Shown here: positions 44,561 to 55,403 of the stretch, piece by piece | Layout of the letters: every line of letters begins with the position of its first letter | Numbering within the stretch: position 1 is the stretch's first letter | From: an uncultured virus (IMG/VR IMGVR_UViG_3300014050_000018) | Taxonomy: Duplodnaviria; Heunggongvirae; Uroviricota; Caudoviricetes | DNA length: 64,000 nucleotides | Strand: one strand, 5' to 3' | IMG/VR virus record: IMGVR_UViG_3300014050_000018 | Span: 1 to 64,000 of that record | Translations under genes and position numbers: made by a program | The notes under the pieces: model-generated | Told to the model about the DNA's origin: nothing | What the model saw: only the letters and a program-made list of their open reading frames with translations | Databases searched by the model: none

Positions 44561-44628
44561 TGACAACGAACAATGTGTCTGATAACCTTTAACCTACCTT
44601 CCGCGGTTTAAATTATAAATAGACACAG

Positions 44629-45678
44629 GTGGTTTCAGCTTTGAAAACAGGATACATCACAGACAGTTTTAGCACACTTGGTGGGTTGGCTTCCGTTGCT
44701 TACGGAGATCCTGAGTATTTTCGCGAGGTGCAGAACCAGGTCTACTCCAGTTCGGCAACAAGGTTTGTGGATATGCACCGCCCATCGGCGATTCTGGCCG
44801 ATTTCTTCGGCTCGCCGGAGAGACTAGTCGAGGCAATAATGTCCGGCTTGGAGACGCAGTATCAGACCAACCAGGAGTTTACGGACTACGTTGATGTGGA
44901 ACTGGGAGCGGACTGGAGAAGCACTGTGAGGGAGGGTATAGGCTCGGAGTTCTTTCTTGTTGTTGATGGCCAGGAGTCCTACGGACTGACCATGTCCGAT
45001 TATGTTGGTCTGACTTTTTCGAGGGTTCTTCCTTCCGTACCCGGACTGGAACGCCTCTCAATGGAGGTGTCTAAAGCTCTGCAGAGTATCGCAGGGGTAG
45101 GAGAGGACGTCCCTCTGCTTGCAAGAATCGCTTCAAATAACCCGCAGACAAAGCTCTCCGTGCCTCCGCTTAACTCGAGGGTGGATCTGGAAAGCTCGGT
45201 GGATTTGGGCTCGGATTACAGGGGCGTAGAATTCACATCAGGGTACCTATCTCCTCAGGAGTACTGGGCCGGCACGGCGTACCCGGGACTAACGACCGCG
45301 GTGATTCCTACGGCCCTACGCGATAGCATCAACCAGGGTTACGTAGGGTACTCGTCAGTGACCCCACTGGAGTCCCTGTTCAATCCGGTCGGGGCCCAGT
45401 CGGTGGCAAGCACGGGTCTACCTGTCGAAAGCACGTCCCCGACCAACTCGCCGGCTTCGTACTTGAGTCAGTTCCCCAACGACCTCCAAGCGGATCGGGA
45501 CGTGTATTCCATCTCGCTGATGGGAGAGACGCTCAATGGCTACACCACTTTCGAACCGTCAACCATGTCCAACGGGGACCTGATCGATCAGGGCCAAGTT
45601 CCGCAATTTGAGGAGGAGAACGCGGACCCGTTCGGTGGCTTAACGTCCTCGGCTAGAAACTTTACAACAGCATTCTAA
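44629..45678 (+). CDS. baseplate-associated protein (N-terminal LysM/tail-X-like)
   Basis: TLGGLASVAYGDPEYFREV; first gene of baseplate operon. Confidence 0.55.
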   Translation: MVSALKTGYITDSFSTLGGLASVAYGDPEYFREVQNQVYSSSATRFVDMHRPSAILADFFGSPERLVEAIMSGLETQYQTNQEFTDYVDVELGADWRSTVREGIGSEFFLVVDGQESYGLTMSDYVGLTFSRVLPSVPGLERLSMEVSKALQSIAGVGEDVPLLARIASNNPQTKLSVPPLNSRVDLESSVDLGSDYRGVEFTSGYLSPQEYWAGTAYPGLTTAVIPTALRDSINQGYVGYSSVTPLESLFNPVGAQSVASTGLPVESTSPTNSPASYLSQFPNDLQADRDVYSISLMGETLNGYTTFEPSTMSNGDLIDQGQVPQFEEENADPFGGLTSSARNFTTAF

Positions 45679-46961
45679 TGGCTAACATCTACGGTCCCAT
45701 ACTTCCACTACAGCTTGATAGCAGAAATACAGAGGCCCTGGTGCGAGCTATTCAGACTCGCATCTACCTGGAGTCGGGCGGCCAGCTCAATGACTTCACC
45801 CCGTCCTCGCCTCTCTCGGCGATTAGTGAAGGCCAGGCGTTCGCTCAGGCCGAGCTTCTCTACTACTTGAATAATCTTCCCGAAGCTTTCAGCCTGCAGT
45901 GGTTAAGACAGCTGGGGGTTCAGAGAAAAATCGGCAGTAGAGCTCTAGTTGACGTAACTTTCTACAAGGTACCCGGCTACCAGAGAGTTCTTATAATCCC
46001 CAAAGGAACAAAACTTATCGCTGACGGTGGGCAGGTCTTTGTGACTCTGGAGGAGGTTAGGGTGCTGGAGACCGAATTCTCCGCGACTGCTTCCTGCCAG
46101 TCCGAGAGATGGGGCTTGGCTTATAACGTCGGGGAGGGAGAGATAAATAAGATCGAGAGGAACTTTGCCGGGTTGGAGTTTCTGAGAAACGAATCCGCGG
46201 CGGTTGGAGGAACCGATACCGAGTCGGTTTCGCAAATGAAGCAGAGAGCTTTCGAGGTACTCAGCAGGAGAAACCTGACCACCTCTCTGGACTTTGAAAA
46301 CGAGGTCAGGACTCTTGTTCCGGAGACAAGCATTGTTAAAGTACTTACGTACGAGGAAAAGAATAACCTCTCCGAAGCGTTCTCAGGAAACGTTGTTATC
46401 TGCGTTGGTAACCAAGATGGTAAGGAATTGAGCTCATCCAACCTCTCCTACCTGGTCAGCTCGATGAAGCCGAGGGTGACTATCGGTACTAACATCTCTT
46501 TTGTCTCACCCGACATCGTCCCCATCGATCTTAGAGTTCAGATATACTATGATCCTACTACCGTATCTGGCGGCATAGACTTCCTGTCGTCTCAAGTGCT
46601 GGAGGCGATGAGAGCGTACATAGACCCTCAGAATTTACCGCTAGGCTCCGACCTCTCCTACCAGGAGATGCTCAAAGTCCTGTACTCGTTTGACTTTGTC
46701 GATTCTGTTAACACTCTTGACGCTCTGAGTATGCTTAAAGATTCCACCACTATCGAAGGATTCTGTGCTGGATTTGCAGGTGAGGAAACCGAGACCGGGT
46801 GCAACTACGAGTATATTGGTGCAGTGGATCAGGACAATCAAGTTCAAACAGCGTTCTCGTCTATCTCGTCGTATAAGCTTTACAGAGCCCAGATTGCTTT
46901 CATATCCGTAAAAGACTTTTCTCCTCTGACATTTTACTATGAGGATCTATACACCCCATGA
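45678..46961 (+). CDS. baseplate J-like protein
   Basis: IIPKGT, GLAYNV, AVGGTDTES..MKQR, TSLDFE. Confidence 0.88.
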   Translation: MANIYGPILPLQLDSRNTEALVRAIQTRIYLESGGQLNDFTPSSPLSAISEGQAFAQAELLYYLNNLPEAFSLQWLRQLGVQRKIGSRALVDVTFYKVPGYQRVLIIPKGTKLIADGGQVFVTLEEVRVLETEFSATASCQSERWGLAYNVGEGEINKIERNFAGLEFLRNESAAVGGTDTESVSQMKQRAFEVLSRRNLTTSLDFENEVRTLVPETSIVKVLTYEEKNNLSEAFSGNVVICVGNQDGKELSSSNLSYLVSSMKPRVTIGTNISFVSPDIVPIDLRVQIYYDPTTVSGGIDFLSSQVLEAMRAYIDPQNLPLGSDLSYQEMLKVLYSFDFVDSVNTLDALSMLKDSTTIEGFCAGFAGEETETGCNYEYIGAVDQDNQVQTAFSSISSYKLYRAQIAFISVKDFSPLTFYYEDLYTP

Positions 46962-49135
46962 ATTTCTCGAGTTGGAATAGCCTAAAAGAACCCCGCAGAC
47001 GTAACCCGTCTCTATTGCCCGCCCACGTAATCGTGGAGTTCGAGCGGACGAGAAGAGCTAAGATCTTTGCGCACAAACTCGGGGCCGTGGGATTCTCCAG
47101 AGCTGCGAATATTAACAAGGAGAGGCAAAAGACGGTAGACAGGGAGATCGGAAATCTAACTCTTGACGGGTTTAAGTACAAGAATGTTGGCCACGTTTTT
47201 TCCGAAGACGTTGTTATTCCGAAAGGATCATCATACTCCTACGAGATACTGGCCCATGGCCATCCGCTTGGAGGCACGGAGCACGGAAGCATGGAGTCCT
47301 GCTCGAGGAGCGGGTTGCAGTGCGTTAGCGGCCAGGGCACCAACTCTCTGTGTAATCCGGGTAAGTGCGTCATAGGAACTTTGGAGAGGGTCAACGACTC
47401 CAAGTGGAAGTACACCTCTAAGAACAGGTACGGAACCAGTAACACTCCACTCATCTACTATCTTCCCGACACGGAGTCAGTAAAGTTACGTACCGTGCTT
47501 CGTGGAAGCCATGTGACCTACTCCGCGACGGGCGCGGCTCAAACCATCCAAGTAACCAGGCCGGCAAGCGTATCTTCCACAATCCTCTTACCTCCCAAGT
47601 TCTACTTCTCGGAAGACTTTATCGACTCCGCAATTATCAGAATCGACGAGAGACTCAATAGCGTGGCAAGAAAGCCCACAGTTAATATCGTAGGTGTTGA
47701 GGATAGAAAAGCCAAGTTTATTCAGAACGTAGTGACCTACGCCTATCCCGGAACCTCGGAGGGTTACCTGAACGAGAGGCTTAGTGTCACTGCCACTGAG
47801 GAAATTAAGAACGCGCTTACAGACGCCTTCTCGGCTCTGAATCCGGAGTGGAGCGGGCGATGCACCGCGATCATCGAAGAGGAGTTTCTGTACAGATTTT
47901 CCAGAGTGTACAGTGGACTCGATCTGATCTCCGTTGTCTTTGACCGGATTGGTGTTCTCTTCGAGTCGGTAATCCAACTTACGAGGAGTTCTCTGTCGGT
48001 CTCGTCGCTAAAATACGGTAAGGAGCTTATATCCAGGCCCGTCTACTCCAGACTACCCGGGATCTCCGAAGGCTACAGATCGGATCCTTCCTTTTCCGAT
48101 ACGGAGACACCGTCGCAATGGCTGACTTCGGGCGTTGACGAATTTCTCTCCAAGAAGAAGGACTCGATAGCTTCCTTCTACGCTGACTACCTTGACCCTG
48201 ACTCGTGTGATCCCGCTCTACTCGATTGGCTTGCTCAGCACGTAGGACTGTTCGGTTCCCTGTGGAATCCGGCCTGGGATAAGGAGATCAAGCGAGCGAT
48301 GATCCGCAACGCGTTCGGGTGGTGGGATAGGAACGCCAAAACAGAACTACCAGGAGCCGGGGAAGTCCTGACTCCTAAAGGCGAGGCTTTGAACAAATTC
48401 CCGTTCGCCAATCCGGAATGGGTAGAACCTCAGGCCACAACTCTGTGGGGAGTTGATCAATTATCCTGGAATAGTCTTCTAAGCTGGAGTGGAAACTCTG
48501 ACAACCTACTTCTAGTTAAGCTGGACGAGATCCAGCCCATAAGCATCTCCGGCGGCGAGGTGGTGTATTCCGAGGGAATAGTGAACATAAAGACGTTCTC
48601 TCCCACCACTAATAAAGTATCTCTGATCCTGACCGACACTCCCAGGGTCGATAAGTCCACGTGGAACGGACTCATAGAGGCGAAAGGCAGTCTTCTTGGG
48701 GTCCTGTTCTTAAGCTCGGTTCTTGGATTAAAGTCTCACAGCCCGCTGGAGCTGCAAGTGATCGACGCGGAGAGAAAGATCCTGAGGCCAAGAACAGGGC
48801 TCAGAGAGACTGAGATACAGTCCTCGGTTCTCATGCCTTACAAGCACGACAGCCTTCAAGTAGGCACTGTTTCCGATGCTGAGTCCGGCAACCTGACTAA
48901 TCAGCTGATTGCCGGGATCAGCAGGGTGAGTAGTGCTGAGGATAGTCGCAACGTATTCTTTAGAGTGCCCTACTACTACAATAGAGACGGAAGGTCGTGG
49001 GATAAGGTGTCCTATATCGCCTCTAACTGGATGCCATCAAACCTCAACGTGAGAGTCCAGTACGCTTATCTCTCCGCCGATCTGTGGGCGGTAGGAGATG
49101 CGTTCTTCGAACCGGAAATAATCGAGGTGAGTTGA
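46958..49135 (+). CDS. baseplate/tail protein (P2 gpI-like domain)
   Basis: YLDPDSCDPALLDWLAQHVG..W..W..KR; follows baseplate J. Confidence 0.75.
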   Translation: MNFSSWNSLKEPRRRNPSLLPAHVIVEFERTRRAKIFAHKLGAVGFSRAANINKERQKTVDREIGNLTLDGFKYKNVGHVFSEDVVIPKGSSYSYEILAHGHPLGGTEHGSMESCSRSGLQCVSGQGTNSLCNPGKCVIGTLERVNDSKWKYTSKNRYGTSNTPLIYYLPDTESVKLRTVLRGSHVTYSATGAAQTIQVTRPASVSSTILLPPKFYFSEDFIDSAIIRIDERLNSVARKPTVNIVGVEDRKAKFIQNVVTYAYPGTSEGYLNERLSVTATEEIKNALTDAFSALNPEWSGRCTAIIEEEFLYRFSRVYSGLDLISVVFDRIGVLFESVIQLTRSSLSVSSLKYGKELISRPVYSRLPGISEGYRSDPSFSDTETPSQWLTSGVDEFLSKKKDSIASFYADYLDPDSCDPALLDWLAQHVGLFGSLWNPAWDKEIKRAMIRNAFGWWDRNAKTELPGAGEVLTPKGEALNKFPFANPEWVEPQATTLWGVDQLSWNSLLSWSGNSDNLLLVKLDEIQPISISGGEVVYSEGIVNIKTFSPTTNKVSLILTDTPRVDKSTWNGLIEAKGSLLGVLFLSSVLGLKSHSPLELQVIDAERKILRPRTGLRETEIQSSVLMPYKHDSLQVGTVSDAESGNLTNQLIAGISRVSSAEDSRNVFFRVPYYYNRDGRSWDKVSYIASNWMPSNLNVRVQYAYLSADLWAVGDAFFEPEIIEVS

Positions 49136-49136
49136 T

Positions 49137-52043
49137 ATGGGATTTTTCGACGAACTTCAGCAGCTCAAGGAGCTGAGCTCTCGTACCTCGGAGGCGATGG
49201 GAGGGGTGTACTCCGACCCGTTCAACGAGATCGCCGCTGTTATATCAGTGTCCGATCCCAAAAAGCTCGGGCGGGTGAAGGTTGAGTACCAGGACGGCAC
49301 GACTAGCGACTGGGTGTACGTGCTGGGAAGCGGCAAGGGATTGCTTAGTGCCCAGCTCATCGGCTCCTCATGTCTGATCGGCAAAGCCCACGGCAACTCC
49401 GGCGACGCATTTGTGTTAGGGTTCTTTAATAAGAATCCCAATGTGGCCTCTGGCGGCGCGCCTCTCCAGCTCACTTTACTCGACGAGCAAGTAGACTCGC
49501 ACAGAGCACCTCAGTCCCCCGGCGACCAGGGCATGAGATGCAATAGGGGTAACGCCGGACGCGTCTACCTTCTCCAGAACGAGACCAACCAGGACGTTGT
49601 TGTCTGCATGAGACGCAATAACCCACAGGAGGGAGGGGAGGAAGTTTGGAATTGGAAGTCCCTGACCAATAGCAAATGGGTGGAGAAGGGGTTCGATCCG
49701 GGAGTTCAGAGCGATTCCGTCACAAACTACTCCGAGAAGAAGGGCGTTCCCGAATGCAATGAGGCGATGGACGGGGACGTTCGCAACTTCTCCGAGGACC
49801 GCAAGTTCAGGGACTTTCAGATCAAATGCGGAAAAGACGAGAATGGTGATTGGAACTGGAAGCCAAATGGCGCCACTCCCGTGTTCTTTCGTACCACGTT
49901 GCCGGAGTGCACGGAGAAGCTTCACGGCATGGACGCGGTTCTTGATGAGGGCCTGAACTCCCAGCGCGTATCCTGCCTGAGGTACCAGGGAGAGATGAAG
50001 TGGGTTAACCCGGGCAAGAGGGAGCCGATTCAGTTCCACAGGCAGGACGCTCCCATTACGAAGAAGGAGTTTCTGGATAGCAAGAAACCGGTAAAGGCTT
50101 TTGAGAATAAGGCCGGCATGGGTGCCAATGATTACGTAGGCAATTCCGCGTCTCAAGTACTTCAAGCCGCGGCAAGAGCCGTCCCAGCAGCGATTCCGAC
50201 AACGCCTCTCGGAGCCGCGCTTAAAGCGGCCAATGCCCTCCCCGGAGCGTTCGATGGGGCTAAGTTGCTCAGCGACATCGCCAAGACCGTCATTGTTAAT
50301 AACGGCACGGTGCCCGTGGATAGCCTAGTGTCCCAGATCTCCTCCGCTCTGAGCAGTGGTGGGGTTATCGACGACGCCACATCAGCCGTCCTGAGTACTC
50401 TCGGTGGGGTGGGCGCTGAGCTTCTCAGGGGCACGCAAAACGGTACGGTAGATTCCGCTCTGGAGAATATCGGTCGGCGAGCGCTCAACCAGAGCATCAG
50501 AGCATTGTCTCCCGAGGCTTCGAGCGTTTACTTTGGGTACATGGCCGGCGGGATCGCCGGGGCGATGGACGCTACCGCGGCTCTAGGGCTTCCGTTCATA
50601 CCCGAGGAGGTTGCGAGTATTATAAAACCTGCTCTCAATATCGGAGCATCAGTGTTGAGGTTGCAGCCCAAGGCCGTGAGCTCGATGGTGAATAGCTCAG
50701 TCGGAGCCTCCGGATCTCAGTCGCTTAACGACACTATCGGGGCGGTGACTAGCGTTGCTCTAGCCACTCCGCAGTTAGCCACGGAGATAACCGGAGTGAT
50801 GAACTCCGGCGACCTAGGCAAGGTGGCTCAGTCACTGGGGTCATTTTCTAACCTAGCGACAATGGCGAAGTTGGGTGGGGATCTGTCAAGCGTTCCCCAG
50901 ATGGCGTCTACTGCTCTTCAAGCCGTGGGGCTAGGTAGGGACCTGATCAAAGCTTTCGAAGGTGGGATCTCTTTAGATGAGATCGGTAACCTGCTCGGTG
51001 CGAATCCGGTAACAGGCCTGCTGTCGGGGCTGGCAAAGGGTCTAGGTGGAGTGGGCGGAGGTGGTGACTGTCCCTGCGACCCTAAGTGCAGAAAGACGGA
51101 GCACTCCGAGGATTCCGATGGCAACGTGCTTCTGGAGAAATGCGGGAATGTGGTGGCAAACAGCCACAGCTCGTACGCTCCCGAGGGCGATCCTACTGAC
51201 AACAATAACAATACGGTGGCCAAGGTCCTCGACCTGATCCCCACAAAACTCGGAGAGGAGCTTTGCATTCCCAACAACCTCGACCTTACCCAGCTAATTC
51301 AGAATGTAAAACGATTGAATGAGATGGCGGATAGGCTAGATAGTGCCAAGAACGCGGACTGGCCGGAGCTCTGGACGGAGATGATGTACACCTTCGAGAC
51401 TATCGAAAAGGCCTTCAAGCAAACGGATAACAATATCACCAAAGTCGAGTCGGTAGAGAGAAAGCTTATAGACGCGCAATACAGGCTCATCAACAAACTC
51501 ATGGTGGGTAACGGGTCGTTCTTCTCACAGACACTACTTAGCATCATAGAGACTTCCAAGGCCGTGCGGGATACATATAATTACGTAAAAAGGCTTGATA
51601 ACGCCAAAAATGGCGGCAGGGTGGGTGTAGTAGCCACTGACAGCCTTCTCAACGTATTCAAGAACATTACGAGGATCGCTTCGCTCAACTCCCTGTCCAA
51701 GAAAGAAGCTAACTACATCACCTCCAACTTCATCTCCAGAGCGGACAAGGAGTGGAAGTCCATGGAACCGGGTGGAGGCCTTGTGGACATCACCAACTTT
51801 GTTCTAGGACTTATTCCGGTTGACCTGCCACCCGTATTCGATAAGTGTGCGACAAAGAGGAACAAGAGTAAAGCCATCAATGACTCCATATCTTCAAAGA
51901 TAAACTCTCCCGTTCCTCCGCGACCGGGGTCGTTGTTCGACTCCAAGCTTCCAGGCTACCTCGATTCTCCCAACTTCGAGTCCCTTCTGGATCAGATCAC
52001 CTACCAACAGAACCGAGCCCAAACCGGCGAGGCGGAATGCTAA
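49137..52043 (+). CDS. baseplate spike (gp5/gpV-like OB-fold) with long extension
   Basis: DPKKLGRVKV..SDWVYVL..GNSGDAFVLG. Confidence 0.7.
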   Translation: MGFFDELQQLKELSSRTSEAMGGVYSDPFNEIAAVISVSDPKKLGRVKVEYQDGTTSDWVYVLGSGKGLLSAQLIGSSCLIGKAHGNSGDAFVLGFFNKNPNVASGGAPLQLTLLDEQVDSHRAPQSPGDQGMRCNRGNAGRVYLLQNETNQDVVVCMRRNNPQEGGEEVWNWKSLTNSKWVEKGFDPGVQSDSVTNYSEKKGVPECNEAMDGDVRNFSEDRKFRDFQIKCGKDENGDWNWKPNGATPVFFRTTLPECTEKLHGMDAVLDEGLNSQRVSCLRYQGEMKWVNPGKREPIQFHRQDAPITKKEFLDSKKPVKAFENKAGMGANDYVGNSASQVLQAAARAVPAAIPTTPLGAALKAANALPGAFDGAKLLSDIAKTVIVNNGTVPVDSLVSQISSALSSGGVIDDATSAVLSTLGGVGAELLRGTQNGTVDSALENIGRRALNQSIRALSPEASSVYFGYMAGGIAGAMDATAALGLPFIPEEVASIIKPALNIGASVLRLQPKAVSSMVNSSVGASGSQSLNDTIGAVTSVALATPQLATEITGVMNSGDLGKVAQSLGSFSNLATMAKLGGDLSSVPQMASTALQAVGLGRDLIKAFEGGISLDEIGNLLGANPVTGLLSGLAKGLGGVGGGGDCPCDPKCRKTEHSEDSDGNVLLEKCGNVVANSHSSYAPEGDPTDNNNNTVAKVLDLIPTKLGEELCIPNNLDLTQLIQNVKRLNEMADRLDSAKNADWPELWTEMMYTFETIEKAFKQTDNNITKVESVERKLIDAQYRLINKLMVGNGSFFSQTLLSIIETSKAVRDTYNYVKRLDNAKNGGRVGVVATDSLLNVFKNITRIASLNSLSKKEANYITSNFISRADKEWKSMEPGGGLVDITNFVLGLIPVDLPPVFDKCATKRNKSKAINDSISSKINSPVPPRPGSLFDSKLPGYLDSPNFESLLDQITYQQNRAQTGEAEC

Positions 52044-53654
52044 TGAACAAAAAAGAACTCAAGCAGGAAAAAGAACAAGTTATCGAGATGGAGAAGAGCA
52101 TCAAGTCTCTCTCCGCGTCCGACAAGCAGGAGCTTCTAAGGCTCAAGTGTCGCACCGACTTTCTCACCTTCGCGAGGTACATCACCTCCGAGGTGCCTAT
52201 CGCGGGCAAATTCACACCATTCAAAGTCCACCACGTCATCGGAGACTTCCTGCAGCATATCGGTGACGGCGAGAAAAACTACNNNNNNNNNNATCTCCCT
52301 ACCTCCACGCACCGGAAAGTCATTGCTCATCTCTAAAATCTTCCCAGCGTGGCAGATGGGCCGGAGTCCTACAGCGCAGTTTATCATGAGCTCCTACGCT
52401 CTTCAGCTGACAAACGAGAACTCGCGTGCCGTCATCGAGTACATCTCCCACGAGCAGTTCAAGTGGCTCTTTCCGGAGTGCGAGATCGATCGGGATAAGT
52501 GCAACCTGAGTGCCATACGCAACAACAATGGCGGGCTGATTAAGATCGCCTCGGCTGGTGGTAGCGTGACGGGTTTCGGTTTTGGAGTGATCAGCGACGA
52601 CGACCTACCAGGAGTCGGCATTCTGGACGACCTTCTGGCGGACGGTAACTCCGCCACCATCATGGAGACGACCTTTGCCTGGACTCAGGCCCAGTTCCTC
52701 ACTCGTGGCCTACCCAACCACGCCATCATCTCCATGGGCACGAGGTTTCACGTCGATGATGTGATCGGCCGGTTGCTTAAGGCCGACCCTGAGGGCTGGA
52801 GGGAGCTTAACGTTCCGGCTCTGTGCGTCGACGAGGACAATGATGTTCTAGAGCGGAAGCTTGGGGAATCGCATTGGCCCGAGTTCTTTCCCGTTGAGAA
52901 CCTAGAAGCGGTTAAGAAATCCATCGGTGATCGCGACTTCAACTCCCTGTACCAGGGCAGGCCAGCGGGCGAGCAGGGCGCGATCTTTAAGGAGGTGTGG
53001 TTCGACTACCACGGCAAGAATCTAGGCAAGTACGCTTTCATCTACGCCACCATCGACACGGCGTACAAAGCGGATAGAATGAACGACTACACGGCAATAT
53101 GCATCTGGGGCTACGATAGGGCTCATACCAAGCTTCACCTCATCCACTACATACTAGAGCGGCTGGAGTTTCCGGACCTGGAGAAGATCTTTCCCAACCT
53201 CATTAAGCAGTGGAAGATCCGGTGCATTTACATCGAGGGCCGGGCGCAGGGGGTCCCGCTTATCCAGACTCTGAAGCGTACTGTTAACATCTCCATCAAA
53301 GAGCTGGTGCCAAACAAAGACAAGGTGCTGCGTGCCAATGCTATCGCCCCCATCATCGAGGATGGCGCGGTGTCCCTCTACGAGAACTTGCCCAACCTGG
53401 CCGATAGGATCTCCGAGCTTACCTCCTTCCCGTTTATCAAGAACGATGACTTTGTCGACGCTTTTGTCTACGGCGTCACAGTTTATAGAGATGAGATAAT
53501 GGGTGGCCGAACTGTTCACGGAGGGGACAGGGGGCGCCTGCCTCGTCTAGTCCACGATCCTTTCTTCCAGGGAGGAAGCAGAAGGATCTCGAGCGATATA
53601 GGCATGGTAGGAGCCAATCGAGGCTACACAGGAAGTACTACAAAGTACCTATAG
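52043..53654 (+). CDS. terL: terminase large subunit (interrupted by assembly gap)
   Basis: ISLPPRTGKS, ILDD, GTRFHVDD, SLYQGRP, IDTA, DK..RA, DDFVDA; N-terminal part in 52043-52282. Confidence 0.92.
52283..52292. other. assembly gap (10 N)
   Basis: run of n in sequence. Confidence 1.
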
Positions 53655-53707
53655 ACATTACAATATGGTATAATACGTACCGTATTACTTGCAAGTATAC
53701 AGAACTT

Positions 53708-54028
53708 ATGACAGATCAACAATTCAAGTACAGAGTTGTTTTCTTCCAACAACCAGGATGCGTGGCCTGCAATACCATGAAGCCGGTGTGGGTCGACGCC
53801 GCTAACGAACTCTCCGAAGAGTACCCTCACTACTCCATCGGGTTTGGTGAGTGGGACGTTACGTCAGACAACTGGGCGTTCTGCGACCAGATCGAATGCG
53901 ACGGCACTCCGAACTTTGCCGTGTTCGATGACGAAGCTGAGCTCCTAGGTATAAATACCGATGGGATTCTTGCGAAAACCCAGCTCAAGGACTTCATCAT
54001 CGGCGCCATAGAAGAAGCCAAAGAATGA
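53708..54028 (+). CDS. thioredoxin-like protein
   Basis: CVAC..MKP, GTPNF. Confidence 0.85.
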   Translation: MTDQQFKYRVVFFQQPGCVACNTMKPVWVDAANELSEEYPHYSIGFGEWDVTSDNWAFCDQIECDGTPNFAVFDDEAELLGINTDGILAKTQLKDFIIGAIEEAKE

Positions 54029-54777
54029 CAGCGAACTACACGACCAAGCCTAGAAGAGGCTCTTGCCGTGAGACGGAGCGGGACAAGCAGATCATCTCGC
54101 AGATGTGGAAGGCCAATCAGGTGGCTAGGAAGATCTCCAGCTTTACCGGGTTGCCATACGAAGAGCTTAGGGACGCCGCGCTCGAGTACATTGTGCGTAT
54201 CTACGATTCCTGGGACCAGAGTAAGGGCGCCAACTTCTCCACATGGGTGAATAGGTGCTTGCAGTTCCACATGCTGAACTATCTTCGCGACAACTCCCGC
54301 CTCGTGAAGATCCCACGTTCCTACTCCGATCTCTACCTGAAGATCCGCAAGTACATAATAGAAAATCCTGACATCACCGACGACCAGATTGCGGAGAAAG
54401 TGCAGGTCTCGGTGAAGAAGATCCGGGCTGTACGCCAGGCCTTCTCGATGAGCTTCTCGCAGATCACGGAGTACTCCAACGTGATCGAGCCGGACTACGA
54501 AACCGAGCTCACAATGGGTGATCTGATGACCTCCCATAAGGACCTACTGCATAAGATCACAGACCTCGAGCCTGATGACGAGACTTTTCTCACGGACTAC
54601 CTCGTGAAGAAGAGGAGCGTCTCCACCCTGCTTCGTAAGAACCCCCACCTTCGTAACGCGGAAGACATCAGACGCTACTCGGAGCAGCTTATAGAATTCA
54701 TCCTATGCGACACTCCGTATCCATCCAAGATCATACCTACACCAAAAGCGGTTTCGAGAAAAAGTGGAGCGAAGTAA
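54025..54777 (+). CDS. RNA polymerase sigma factor (group 3/SigF-like)
   Basis: YEELRDAA, WDQSKGANFSTW, MLNYLRDNSRLVKIPR, TDDQIAEKV. Confidence 0.88.
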   Translation: MTANYTTKPRRGSCRETERDKQIISQMWKANQVARKISSFTGLPYEELRDAALEYIVRIYDSWDQSKGANFSTWVNRCLQFHMLNYLRDNSRLVKIPRSYSDLYLKIRKYIIENPDITDDQIAEKVQVSVKKIRAVRQAFSMSFSQITEYSNVIEPDYETELTMGDLMTSHKDLLHKITDLEPDDETFLTDYLVKKRSVSTLLRKNPHLRNAEDIRRYSEQLIEFILCDTPYPSKIIPTPKAVSRKSGAK

Positions 54778-55403
54778 CCTCGGCGACGGAGTGTAACTAC
54801 TTCGTCAAAGGCGATGACGAGGTGTTTCTTAACGCTGTGATCGATCTCGTGCCCAAGTGGAAGACGATCAAGGATCGTGGTCCGGTACGTTACAAGATCC
54901 GCAATAAGAAGTTCCAGGGCAGGCCTGTGAAAGGGATCGTTATGATCACTTCCAGGTCGAAGAGAGAGGTGTGGCTGGGTAAGGGCCAGGTGGTAGGAAC
55001 GTTATTCCCGCGCGCTGTAGAGGTTCCGGAGTACAAGCAGAACAAGAAAGACGCTCTTGTGGCCATGAGGCAGATCATTGATCCTCAGATCAAAACATTC
55101 AGAACCAGCGTTCTCCGCCAGCTCAAAAAGAAGCCGATGCGGTGTCCCGTAAAAGGTGACTTTATCGAGGCTGCGGAGTTTCACATTGATCACAAGTATC
55201 CGTTCAAAAACCTTGTAGAGGAGTGGTGCAGGGACGAAAAGGTAGATCTGGAGCGGGTTGATGTGTACTGCAGGGGAACAAAGTGTTACTTCAAGGACAC
55301 CGATCTTGCCGAGAGATGGTTCGACTACCATATGATGAACGCGCAGCTCCAGGTACTCAGCGCCAAAGCCAATCTGGAGAAGGGCTCTAAGTACTTTGGT
55401 TAG
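54705..55403 (+). CDS. hypothetical protein, HNH-like C-terminus
   Basis: CPV..FHIDHKYPF...WFDYH...LQVLSAKANL. Confidence 0.65.
   Translation: MRHSVSIQDHTYTKSGFEKKWSEVTSATECNYFVKGDDEVFLNAVIDLVPKWKTIKDRGPVRYKIRNKKFQGRPVKGIVMITSRSKREVWLGKGQVVGTLFPRAVEVPEYKQNKKDALVAMRQIIDPQIKTFRTSVLRQLKKKPMRCPVKGDFIEAAEFHIDHKYPFKNLVEEWCRDEKVDLERVDVYCRGTKCYFKDTDLAERWFDYHMMNAQLQVLSAKANLEKGSKYFG

Noticed and set aside
52037..52336. Apparent frameshift or split in terL
   Set aside because: The break coincides with a 10-N gap of arbitrary length; not evidence of frameshifting, intron or pseudogene.
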